A stretch of 64,000 nt of DNA from positions 160,293 to 224,292 of the forward strand of contig JBBRNF010000007.1 of the NCBI GenBank assembly GCA_038230455.1, given 5' to 3'. Positions 9,538 to 18,456 of the stretch are shown here, piece by piece (positions within the stretch are counted from its first letter, which is position 1; the number at the start of each line of letters is the position of its first letter). This DNA is from Terriglobales bacterium. Its GTDB lineage: Bacteria; Acidobacteriota; Terriglobia; Terriglobales; Acidobacteriaceae. A model generated the notes under the pieces. That model saw nothing but the letters and a program-made list of their open reading frames with translations, searched no databases and was not told the DNA's origin. Both the position numbers and the translations under genes were made by a program.

Positions 9538-9744
9538 ATGATGGTAGAAGATGACGCCCACGGCTTCCTGAAGTTGCTGGCTCTGCGTGGCGGCGGAATC
9601 ATCGGGGGCACGTATTTGGGTGAACGCGCCAGCGAAGCAATTACGGGAGTCGTGATCGCCATAGATCGCGGCATCACCCTGCAGCAACTTGCAGGGGTGG
9701 TGCATCCCTATCCGACATACGCAATCGCCTGCAGTTCCTCGTGA
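9538..9744 (+). pseudogene. Remnant (C-terminal ~65 aa) of a pyridine nucleotide-disulfide oxidoreductase dimerisation domain
   Basis: The translation DDAHGFLKLLALRGGGIIGGTYLGERASEAITGVVIAIDRGITLQQLAGVVHPYPTY aligns with the conserved C-terminal pattern GF.KL....(I)(I)GG...G..A.E.I....AI..G.T...L....H.(H/Y)PT of dihydrolipoamide dehydrogenase/mercuric reductase-type flavoproteins. The ~380 aa that should precede it are absent, because the LacI gene starts at 9491. Confidence 0.6.
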
Positions 9745-9870
9745 CCGAGATGGCGATGCAACAAACTTAACGCATTTGAAAGGGCCACAGTCTGCGCACC
9801 TGTGCCGCTTGTACCGTTGAGTGTCAATATCCTCGGAAATAGCTGTTCTTCGAGCTCCCAGCCTCACCCG

Positions 9871-12819
9871 TCAATGGTTAATCTCCTCCAAGACTTCCTT
9901 AGCTGAGTGATATTTTTCCTCCGTCGCCTCGCTGTAAGGAATGAGAAGCGTTGCCTCAGCCTTGAGCGCCGCGTCCCGCACGTTGGCTAGTCCTGGAGGG
10001 GTGTCGTGCTCGTGTTCAATTTTCGAGTCGGCATTCAACCTTCTCGTGGCTAGATTGAAATAGAGCGCCAGCAGATCGTGCTCAAGATGTTTTGGACGAT
10101 TTTTGTGGAATAGATACACAAAGATATTGCCGAATGCAAACGAAGCTTTCACTTCGGGCTGGCTGAGCGCGCCATCCGCGGCGGCTCCGGCGCGGCCATC
10201 GAAGCGTTGATCCGTTGCCTGGATACGGGCCAGTGTCTCGGCCGGCTCTTCGTGAGCATCGGATTTCCAGTGGAGATAGATGTGCGGCTCATGTTCTTCA
10301 CGCAGTTTAACCACGGTAATCTTGGTGGCTGCGGAGGCGGTCAAGGACTCAGAGGGACATGACGCACCAGTTTGAAAACCCAATTTCACATTATTTGCAA
10401 AGGTCGTGCCATCCAGGGCGAGCAGGGTGGGTCGCGCCGTAAACTGGATGACGCCAGGCTCCGAATGTGGCGACAAAGAGCCGACGTTCCACACGAGCGT
10501 GCGAGTGCCGTCTCCATTCAGGGTGACGGACACGGGCTTCGGTCCGGCACCCTGATCCAGGGGCAAGCTGTAGTAAACATCTTTGGGCACAGTGTCGGTT
10601 ACCACCACGTTTAAAGCCGTGCCGCCGCCGTTGTTCTGGTACTGAATTCTGTAGGCGATCGCCTCACCTGCGTTGACGGAGGCGGTTGCACTCTTTTCAA
10701 GCGCCAGTACAGGGGCGTGTACGGTTGCTTGCGACGATCTTGTAAGATCGATCGCATTGCTCGCCAGATCCGTGCCGCGAGCTCGCACTGAATCAGTGAT
10801 CAAAACACCATCTTTCGCGGAGCAAGGAACAATAGAATTAGCTGTCTTACTGACGGCAGCACGCAAAACAACTGTGCCGAAATTTACCGTTTGTGTGGAT
10901 GCGTCCGGCCCAGTGGAAACCGCCACCATGTTCACAGCTGGCCCACGCGAGCCATCCTCGAGCCGATTCTCCAGTTTGATGTTGTAAGCCATTGTCCCGC
11001 CCGGCGTGGCGTCCGACGGTCCAGTGACCGTCAATGTCAGTTTGGCCTGTGTCATTTTGCTGGCGGCATTATGGGCGCTCTCGACCGATTGCGGATCGGG
11101 CTCCTGCTCAGCAGGAGTTCCTGCGGTTGTAAAGTCGGTAACCGTACGGAAGTTATAGACCAGCGATGCCCAATCGTTGAACCCGTTCAAAGTGCTCAAG
11201 ATTGCGGGCTCCCCCGGGTCCTGGACTCCGTTGTTGTTCGCGTCTGCGGAAGTATCAAAATTTATATTCGCTGCTACGTTGACGTTGTTCGGCGCCTGGC
11301 AGTTTGACGCACCCTCCAATTTGCTGTTGTTGTTGAAATCGACCGCGCCAAGGCCGAGAGCGTTACCATCAATGCCCAGGCATTCATCCAGGCTGTTCTC
11401 ATTCAGCCCTGTCAACGGCGGCAACTTCACGCGCGAATAGTCGCAATTGCCTAGGATACCGGCTGCCGGAATTACCGGGACGTTACAGAACTGCTCATTG
11501 ATAACAACGCCCGGGGAAGGAAAACCTTTGTAGGACATAACGCTGAGATAGTTTGGCTTATTATTGATGTCGTCGTTACCGCCGTGACGCAGTCCTAGAG
11601 TGTGACCGAACTCGTGCATGAGGGTCCCGGCCTGTTGTGCCTGGTTGCCAACGGAATTCCCAGTTCCGTCCACGCCCCAGCAAGCAGCCAGCACCGGGGG
11701 TGTTCCGCGCAACCCAACTCCACCAAGCGAAACCATGAAGTTTACGCCCGGGATGCCTTTCGATATTCCCGAGGTGCAGTCATTTACCGCAAGCCGCGCA
11801 TTGGTCTGATGAACGAACATGACATAGCGAAAAATATTATTGCGGTTGGGATTCATGGTCTTCAGCGTGAAGAAATTTGTACCCGGATTACCCGCGGCAC
11901 CATCCCAATCCACGATTATGTTCCCGGCCTCCGGAATGGCATTTCCACCACCGCCGTAATCACCATAGGTTCCTTTCACCCTTGCGTCGGTGCCGGGCAC
12001 AGTCGTGACCACACCGACTCCATAGATGGATCCCACGTCGATGTGCAGCTGGATACCCGTGCTGCCATCCGCATTGATCACAGGCGCGTTAGCGAATGCC
12101 TGCACTACCTGCTGAATCGCCAGCTGCAGCGGTTGATGGGTGTGGTTAGCTGCCAACAGAAAATCTAGTTGCAGGTACAGGTCTATTTTGTTCGGGTCGG
12201 CCCCCATGGCAGGCAGATTGACCCCATTTACGCCGCCCGTCTCCCATATGTCAAGCAATCCATCGCCATCAGAGTCCGCACATCCCGGTGCAGACGTGGT
12301 AATCGTGAAATATAGTTGGGCAGAATCCTTGCCGTTGCCTGTGGAGGACGATTGGGTATTAATAAATCCGCTTAACCCTCCTGAACCTTGCCATGTGCAG
12401 TTACTTAGATTCACAGTAATATCCTGTGACTTATTCGGCAGCGATGTGATGTTGATCTGGTCGTCGGCACTTAGATCGTCCTGGTCCCAAAGTTCCACAT
12501 GGATGCTCACCACGTTGTGACTAACGTCAGCTTGGCGGCTAAACACCCAATTCGGCTGAAAGTCTGTGTCATGCGCGCAACAGAAGCGGCCCTTGCCGTC
12601 GTCCAGGCCCTGTGCATCAATGTCTACTTTGGGATAGTAATCGTTGGGGCAAGCCTCACCCGCTCCCTCGTTACACTGCACTTCTTTCACACGAGTAATG
12701 GTAAAAGTCACAGTATTGGTCGCGGCCTTCAGCTGGCAGACGCCAAACCAGAGCGTAAGCAACATACCTGCTCGAACCGCAATCATCAAGCACTTGTTCA
12801 TCTTGGCCGTGAGTTTCAT
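9871..12819 (-). CDS. Large secreted zinc metalloprotease (metzincin motif) with Ca-binding-like DxDxDG segment and DUF11-type repeat domains
   Basis: GAGGAGGGG RBS precedes the ATG at 12819, and the signal peptide is MKLTAKMNKCLMIAVRAGMLLTLWFGVCQLKAA. HEFGHTLGLRH (11584-11616) is followed by the Met-turn-like NYLSVMSY. CADSDGDGLLDIWE is also present. There are two DUF11/conserved-repeat-like modules (e.g. LALEKSATASVNAGEAIAYRIQYQNNGGGTALNVVVTDTVP). Hand-counted GC is lower than in neighbouring genes. Confidence 0.75.
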   Translation of the reverse strand: MKLTAKMNKCLMIAVRAGMLLTLWFGVCQLKAATNTVTFTITRVKEVQCNEGAGEACPNDYYPKVDIDAQGLDDGKGRFCCAHDTDFQPNWVFSRQADVSHNVVSIHVELWDQDDLSADDQINITSLPNKSQDITVNLSNCTWQGSGGLSGFINTQSSSTGNGKDSAQLYFTITTSAPGCADSDGDGLLDIWETGGVNGVNLPAMGADPNKIDLYLQLDFLLAANHTHQPLQLAIQQVVQAFANAPVINADGSTGIQLHIDVGSIYGVGVVTTVPGTDARVKGTYGDYGGGGNAIPEAGNIIVDWDGAAGNPGTNFFTLKTMNPNRNNIFRYVMFVHQTNARLAVNDCTSGISKGIPGVNFMVSLGGVGLRGTPPVLAACWGVDGTGNSVGNQAQQAGTLMHEFGHTLGLRHGGNDDINNKPNYLSVMSYKGFPSPGVVINEQFCNVPVIPAAGILGNCDYSRVKLPPLTGLNENSLDECLGIDGNALGLGAVDFNNNSKLEGASNCQAPNNVNVAANINFDTSADANNNGVQDPGEPAILSTLNGFNDWASLVYNFRTVTDFTTAGTPAEQEPDPQSVESAHNAASKMTQAKLTLTVTGPSDATPGGTMAYNIKLENRLEDGSRGPAVNMVAVSTGPDASTQTVNFGTVVLRAAVSKTANSIVPCSAKDGVLITDSVRARGTDLASNAIDLTRSSQATVHAPVLALEKSATASVNAGEAIAYRIQYQNNGGGTALNVVVTDTVPKDVYYSLPLDQGAGPKPVSVTLNGDGTRTLVWNVGSLSPHSEPGVIQFTARPTLLALDGTTFANNVKLGFQTGASCPSESLTASAATKITVVKLREEHEPHIYLHWKSDAHEEPAETLARIQATDQRFDGRAGAAADGALSQPEVKASFAFGNIFVYLFHKNRPKHLEHDLLALYFNLATRRLNADSKIEHEHDTPPGLANVRDAALKAEATLLIPYSEATEEKYHSAKEVLEEINH

Positions 12820-13323
12820 CAGGATCCCCTCCTCAGTGTCAGCAGACCGGGCCCGATTCACTCTGCGAAGAGCGAGTGTGGTGCATACGCAGCCGCAGGG
12901 GCAGGCTGCATGCACAGCTTTGCGCCGAAACTAGCACGAGCGAACTCTTTATGCAACTTCATCCAGACTTGGGACCGCCACTTGCGCGCCTATGTATAGG
13001 TGAAGTTGAACGAAAAGCGTTTTATGCAAAGGAGATAGCAGTCGGCGCGGAGGGTGTAGAAATGCGCGTATAACGGAAAGGGAGGGTTGTGCCGTGCAGC
13101 AGGTGATCCCGGCTCGTTTACGTGGTCGTTTTCGGCGCGAGACGCGACTATCGGAACCCGCCAGAACTCAGGTCACACCATCAAGGGCGCACCGAGGCCG
13201 GACATTGCCCGGGCCGCTAGTGCTACCTCGCCGCGGCCGACTTCGAAGCAGCTCAAAGAATGGAAGTATAAACACGTCGTCAGGCGTACGCCCTCACTGA
13301 CGGTGGAATGATTAAAGGTAAGT

Positions 13324-13358
13324 GAGCAAAAGAAGGCCGCTGGTTGGCGGCCTTCTTT
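13324..13358 (-). terminator. Rho-independent terminator downstream of the glycine-zipper stress gene
   Basis: Perfect 12-bp stem AAAGAAGGCCGC/GCGGCCTTCTTT (13329-13340 / 13347-13358) with a 6-nt loop. On the minus strand it is followed by TTTTGCT. Confidence 0.7.
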
Positions 13359-13375
13359 GCTTACATGGGCAAACA

Positions 13376-13981
13376 CTAATAGTTAGAACGGGTACCACGC
13401 GTGCCGACCGTTTCCTCGGCGACATCCGCAGCGTTCTCTGTGTTGTCTGTATGGGTACTTACGGCCTTCTCTCCGGCGGAGGCGATGTCCTCGCCACCGG
13501 CTGCCTTCAGCACATCTTTGGCACGGCCCACTTCGTCCGAGCTATCGCAGTGGACGGACACTAGAATGCCACCATCTTTGACGCGCCCTTCATAGCGCTT
13601 TGCTTCGTACTCAGGAATGCCCATGCCGACCAGGGCTCCGACCAGGCCGCCGACTGCGCCGCCAATACCGAGGCCGGCGAGTGCGCCCATGATGGGGCCT
13701 GCTGCAATAAGGGGACCAACACCGGGGATTGCGAGCGCTCCCAGGCCGGCGAGCAACCCAAGCGTGCCGCCGATCGTTCCACCACTTACGACGCCGGTTG
13801 TGGTGCCTTCAGGGGCCTTTGTGTTCTTCTCGCTCGCAAACTCCTTCGAACCTTTGCTATCCGACATGAGAACGGAAACGTCATCGTTAGAAAAACCTGC
13901 TGCGATAAGCTGATCAACTGCAGCCTCTGCAGCGCTGCGTGAAGGGAAGATACCGAATGCTGCTGTGTTTTTGCCTGCCAT
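13376..13981 (-). CDS. Glycine-zipper membrane protein, general-stress (YflT/DUF1269-like)
   Basis: AAGGAG RBS before the ATG at 13981. The N-terminus FGIFPSRSAAEAAVDQLIAAGFSNDDVSVL and the C-terminus YEGRVKDGGILVSVH flank a Gly-rich hydrophobic core (GGTLGLLAGLGALAIPGVGPLIAAGPIMGALAGLGIGGAVGG). Confidence 0.6.
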   Translation of the reverse strand: MAGKNTAAFGIFPSRSAAEAAVDQLIAAGFSNDDVSVLMSDSKGSKEFASEKNTKAPEGTTTGVVSGGTIGGTLGLLAGLGALAIPGVGPLIAAGPIMGALAGLGIGGAVGGLVGALVGMGIPEYEAKRYEGRVKDGGILVSVHCDSSDEVGRAKDVLKAAGGEDIASAGEKAVSTHTDNTENAADVAEETVGTRGTRSNY

Positions 13982-14042
13982 AACAATCTCCTTGTAAATG
14001 CACTGAGCCAACCGCCATTCCTGACGGGTCCGGGAAGCCGGC

Positions 14043-14435
14043 TTACTGCTTAACTGTGATCTGGTTCGTGACCTTGTCCTGACCAGCGACCGCTATGGCC
14101 TTCGCAGCGATACCCTGTTTCTCCTCTTCGGAGTGAACTGGTCCTTTCAGGGTTACTGCGCCGCGCTTGACAATAATTTTGACGTTGTGGCCATAAGTCG
14201 AAATTGACTTGTCGGCTACGATGGCGCGCCGAATTTCGGCGGTAAGTTGAATATCAGATTTGTTATTCTTCTGGTTGTCCGCCGTTACACTTTGGTTTTG
14301 AGCCTTATTTGTTCGGGAATTGTCCGGCGTGCTCTGATCCTGAGCAAATGCTGGGATCGAGACGACACATAGTGACAGAAGTGCGGTACGTGCAAGCACA
14401 ATCAACCACCTGCAAGAATACATATTGCTATACAT
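14043..14435 (-). CDS. BON domain protein (OsmY-like), secreted
   Basis: Signal peptide, then LTAEIRRAIVADKSISTYGHNVKIIVKRGAVTLKGPVHSEEEKQGIAAKAIAVAGQDKVTNQITV, a typical single BON domain. Confidence 0.75.
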   Translation of the reverse strand: MYSNMYSCRWLIVLARTALLSLCVVSIPAFAQDQSTPDNSRTNKAQNQSVTADNQKNNKSDIQLTAEIRRAIVADKSISTYGHNVKIIVKRGAVTLKGPVHSEEEKQGIAAKAIAVAGQDKVTNQITVKQ

Positions 14436-14833
14436 TATTCACCTCAAAGCAGGGATAACTGCAATGGGCCGAAAGAAACGGTATGCACTTACGTCCTGTA
14501 TTAAACAGGGCTGGATGTGTGCCTTTCAGTCCTAACACTCTGATGCGGGATTCTTTTCCGCTGTTGTTCACTATTGTTCGAAGCGTGGGATTGGTTGACC
14601 TACATTTTCGTGGCGCATAGGGCTGTCGCCGCGCAAGCGCTGGCAAACCTTGAACTTGAGCCGTTCCGCCCGACTGCGGCGCACACGGCGAGCATCATCG
14701 GACTCTTTGCCTCGCAGCCTGTGGCTCCCAAAAGTCCAAACATATATCAGTGCATGTGGGATTTCGGTTTCTTCCTTTCAATCCAAAGCTGTATAAGAGG
14801 AGCGGTATGCGGGTCACCGTCCAATCTGTGTGA

Positions 14834-17233
14834 ATGAAGGGCCTCTTCTTGCCAAATGTACTGAGCGATCCCCGAGAGAAAATAAAGAATTCGAACGATG
14901 GGCTGACTGCCGCGCTCGTGCTGGCGACCCTCTACTTCGCGCGTGAAGTGTTCGTTCCGCTCGCGTTGGCGGGGCTACTTGCATTTCTGCTCGCACCTGC
15001 GTGCGCTCGGCTGGAGAGATGGGGAGCCAAGCGCGGGCCGGCGGCTTTACTCGTCGTCGTTCTCTCTTTGTGCGCGGCCGGCACGCTCGGCTGGGTCGTC
15101 CTGGGGCAGGTCTACAACCTCGCCGTAGAGTTGCCGCAGTATCAAGAAAACATCTCTGCGAAAGTCGACAAGCTTCATCTGCACTCGGCGGGCAGATTAA
15201 CTCGGACTGTCGAAATGCTCACCACTCTGAGCAAGCAAGTGGCCGGTGAGGCACCTGAGGATCGAGCGGTGCCTGCGCCGTTTCCGCGGGCCAGACCGAA
15301 GGCGTCGAAATCCACTTTACCGCAAGCCATACCGCCTCTGACGCAACCTATTCCGGTGAAGGTGGAAGAGCCGACGGAGTCGATGCTCACCGTTGCGGGA
15401 CGCAGCATAAAACCTCTCCTGCAACCGCTCACGACGGCGATGATCGTGGTCATTTTCCTGGTGTTCATCCTTCTGGGGCGCGAGGGTTTGCGCGATCGTG
15501 CGCTCAGGCTCGCAGGGAGTGGCCGCCTGCACGTCACGACCACCGCCATAGAGGACGCCAGCGCAAGAGTAAGCCGGTTTCTGCAGATGCAGCTGATCGT
15601 AAACATCTGTTATGGAGCGTTAGTCGGCGTTCTGCTTTGGTGGATAGGCGTACCCCATGCACTGCTTTGGGCGGTCCTAACGTGCGTATTGCGTTTTGTG
15701 CCTTACGTCGGCATAGTCCTGGCGGCGGCTGGCCCGTTGCTGCTCTCGCTTGCAATAACGCCCTCCTGGGGTCCTCTGGCGTGGACCATGGCGATGTTTG
15801 GGACGCTTGAAATCGTGACGGCGAACTTCGCCGAACCGGTGCTCTACGGCACCTCGACAGGCATGTCAGCCATTGCCATCCTGGTCGCCGCTATTTTCTG
15901 GACGCTGCTCTGGGGAATGCCCGGACTGCTGCTGTCCACGCCTCTGACGGTCTGCCTTATCGTCATCGGACGGCAAGTGCCGCACTTGAGCTACCTGGAT
16001 GTCCTGTTTGGCGAAGAAGCGGAATTAGCTCCCTCAGAGCGTTTCTACCAGCGACTACTTGTCTCCAACAGTCACGATGCCCGATCGTTGATTGCCGAAC
16101 AGCTTAAGACCAAGTCTCGAGAGTGCGTGTGGGACGATGTAATGGTCCCTGCACTCACGCAGATTGAAGAAGCCAGGCATGCCGAGGAGATTACAAGCGC
16201 ACGGGCCGACGAGCTTCTACTGGGCGTCGAAGAGATTACCGAAGACCTTACCATTTCGACGGCCAGCCCTGCTGGGCCTGAACCTCTGTCCGCCAAGCGA
16301 GTGGCTTGCGTTCCGGCACGTGATTTTGGCGATGAAGTCGCGGCTCAGCTGGCTCAGCAGATCATCGCGGACTTGTCCCTCGTCCGCGTTCTGCATGCCG
16401 ACTCTTCCACGCCGGACCTGCTGCAAGGGCTTGAAGATGGCAGATTCGAGGTGATCTGCGTTATTGGCATTCCACCCCGCGCGTTACGACATATTCGCAT
16501 GCGATGCCATCAGATTCGCGCCCGCTTTCCGGAGGCAACGGTAGTTGCCTGCCTGTTGAGCGAGGCGAGTGACCTATCTAATCTGCGCAGCCGCATCCCT
16601 ATCGAAGACGCACAGCACGTGGTGTCCTCGCTACACTTGATGAAGACGTATGTGGCCTCGGTCCTGTATCCCTCCTCCTTACCGGTGGAGGCGCCGCCGA
16701 AATCGTCTGAAGACACGAAGCCGGGGAGGCAACTCAGCGACACAATCGACGAGCTTCACCAGGGCGACGTGTTCGACGCCCCCAAGCAAGACATCTTCAG
16801 CAGGTTGACGGCGGATCTGGCGAGGTCGTTCGACGCGCCGATTGCCCTGATTACAGCCAGGGACAGCCAGCGGCGCTTCTGGGAAGCACAATGTGGTTTG
16901 CCGGAACAGAACCTGCTCGCTGACTCCGAGCGGGACATATCCGTGTTCAGCATGATCGTGCTGCCCGATGGCGGTCTCTTCGTTGCGGACATCAACGACG
17001 ATGCCAGGTTCTCGAACGACGCGTTCTTTCTGAGTAAGGGTCTTCGTTTCTATGCGGGAATGCCGCTGAAGGCACACGACGGCGAGGTGATGGGCTCGCT
17101 GTGCGTTTTAGACACGCGACCGCGAGAGGTGACCGATGAGCAAAAGGCTGCACTGACCTCTATCGCAAGTTCGGTCATGACCGCCATCGAGCTTCATGAC
17201 ACAGCAGAGCCCGAAACCCCATCGCAGCTTTGA
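14834..17233 (+). CDS. AI-2E family transporter (PerM-like) fused to a cytoplasmic linker domain and a C-terminal GAF domain
   Basis: The N-terminal ~400 aa is multi-TM with AI-2E-type sequence (REVFVPLALAGLLAFLLAP...FLQMQLIVNICYGALVG...FVPYVGIVLAAAGP). The C-terminal ~150 aa is FSRLTADLARSFDAPIALITARDSQRRFWEAQCGL...FYAGMPLKAHDGEVMGSLCVLDTRPREVTDEQ, a typical GAF pattern. Confidence 0.7.
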   Translation: MKGLFLPNVLSDPREKIKNSNDGLTAALVLATLYFAREVFVPLALAGLLAFLLAPACARLERWGAKRGPAALLVVVLSLCAAGTLGWVVLGQVYNLAVELPQYQENISAKVDKLHLHSAGRLTRTVEMLTTLSKQVAGEAPEDRAVPAPFPRARPKASKSTLPQAIPPLTQPIPVKVEEPTESMLTVAGRSIKPLLQPLTTAMIVVIFLVFILLGREGLRDRALRLAGSGRLHVTTTAIEDASARVSRFLQMQLIVNICYGALVGVLLWWIGVPHALLWAVLTCVLRFVPYVGIVLAAAGPLLLSLAITPSWGPLAWTMAMFGTLEIVTANFAEPVLYGTSTGMSAIAILVAAIFWTLLWGMPGLLLSTPLTVCLIVIGRQVPHLSYLDVLFGEEAELAPSERFYQRLLVSNSHDARSLIAEQLKTKSRECVWDDVMVPALTQIEEARHAEEITSARADELLLGVEEITEDLTISTASPAGPEPLSAKRVACVPARDFGDEVAAQLAQQIIADLSLVRVLHADSSTPDLLQGLEDGRFEVICVIGIPPRALRHIRMRCHQIRARFPEATVVACLLSEASDLSNLRSRIPIEDAQHVVSSLHLMKTYVASVLYPSSLPVEAPPKSSEDTKPGRQLSDTIDELHQGDVFDAPKQDIFSRLTADLARSFDAPIALITARDSQRRFWEAQCGLPEQNLLADSERDISVFSMIVLPDGGLFVADINDDARFSNDAFFLSKGLRFYAGMPLKAHDGEVMGSLCVLDTRPREVTDEQKAALTSIASSVMTAIELHDTAEPETPSQL

Positions 17234-17546
17234 TGCTTGCGCCCGGCTCGGAACTGCGACGCATGGCAGAGCGGGTAATGCGATAGGCGGTACCCAAACA
17301 GCCCTGCTATTTGGACCCCGGGAGCCAATTGCTGACTACAGACGACAGAATTGTAGCGAGGTGAACAAATTATTCCCCTTCACAGCGAGATTGAAATTTC
17401 CCAGTACCGCTGAGCAACATATCGACTGAAGTAGGTGTCTACCTACATACTCACATGATACAAAAGTGGTAGTCACAGTTCCCCATTTGTGCAAGGTGAG
17501 TATGCTGGCCAGTCTGCGGCCACCACTATCTCAGGAGATGCCTTAA

Positions 17547-18173
17547 ATGAAATCCGTTCTTCTTCGTGCCGCACTTGTGGGCGCTCTACTTACTCCTTTC
17601 GCAGCGAATGCCACGCCGATCTCTGGGAGCGACTCTGTTGCCCTCTTTAATGTGACGGTAACGCCTTCCGGTGCACCGCTTTTTCCAATCTCCGGCGTTT
17701 CCAGCATCAACTATACGTTCGGCCTGACCACGTCGGTAGGCACGGGCAATTTCTCGATTATACCGGTGGGTTCACCAGTAACACCCTCGATACTCTATCC
17801 GATGGGTCCGAATGGCGGAAACGGAACCACGCCGTTCAGCGTCACAATCGCGGGTTTCGGAACATTTACCGAGACCGGCAACCCTATCGTTTTGGCGAAC
17901 ACTTCTACCGGTAGATCGACCGGGGTGGAGTTCTACCTGCTCGGGATCTTCCAGCCTAGCGGGGCATTGTCTGCATACTCGTCAAATGACGCCGCGTTCG
18001 ACGTGAGTTTTACACAGACGGGTGGCAGCTACTCCGGAAGCGGCACCTTCGCGGTCCCGTCGGCAACGCCGACGACGCCGATGACCCCGACACCCGAGCC
18101 TTCTAGTATCGCTTTGCTGGGAACTGCTGTACTTGCAGGGGCTGGCTTCATGAAGAAGAAACTCTTCGCTTAG
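17547..18173 (+). CDS. PEP-CTERM sorting-domain secreted protein
   Basis: Signal peptide MKSVLLRAALVGALLTPFAANA. The C-terminus TPEPSSIALLGTAVLAGAGFMKKKLFA has the PEP motif, a TM helix and a basic tail. Confidence 0.8.
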   Translation: MKSVLLRAALVGALLTPFAANATPISGSDSVALFNVTVTPSGAPLFPISGVSSINYTFGLTTSVGTGNFSIIPVGSPVTPSILYPMGPNGGNGTTPFSVTIAGFGTFTETGNPIVLANTSTGRSTGVEFYLLGIFQPSGALSAYSSNDAAFDVSFTQTGGSYSGSGTFAVPSATPTTPMTPTPEPSSIALLGTAVLAGAGFMKKKLFA

Positions 18174-18456
18174 TATTTCGTAAGTGGAGTTGAAAGAATA
18201 GCGGGGCGTCGTTCCTGGTTCAGGACTGGCGCTCCGGTTGTTTTAAGGGCACGCACGCTCGAGCACATTAGGCTGCTGGCGTCGATCTCGGAACCGCTCG
18301 GGAACCGACTGGCGGCGGGCACAGTCGGCGGGCTGAGGATTGAAGTGAATCCGTATATTGACTGGACTAACCAAGAAGACACCCAGTAGGATACTCGGGC
18401 TTCACCACCTGACGATGTTGCGGCGGCGAAGAATTACCGGTCTCACGGAGAGTGTC

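Noticed and set aside
12820-13323. 500-bp intergenic region upstream of the metalloprotease, checked for a structured RNA (SRP RNA, riboswitch)
   Set aside because: No conserved signature (e.g. the SRP GGAAGCAGCC-type helix 8 motif) could be recognised on either strand. The small ORFs in the track are Arg/Pro-rich and unconvincing. It probably just holds promoter/5'-UTR sequence.
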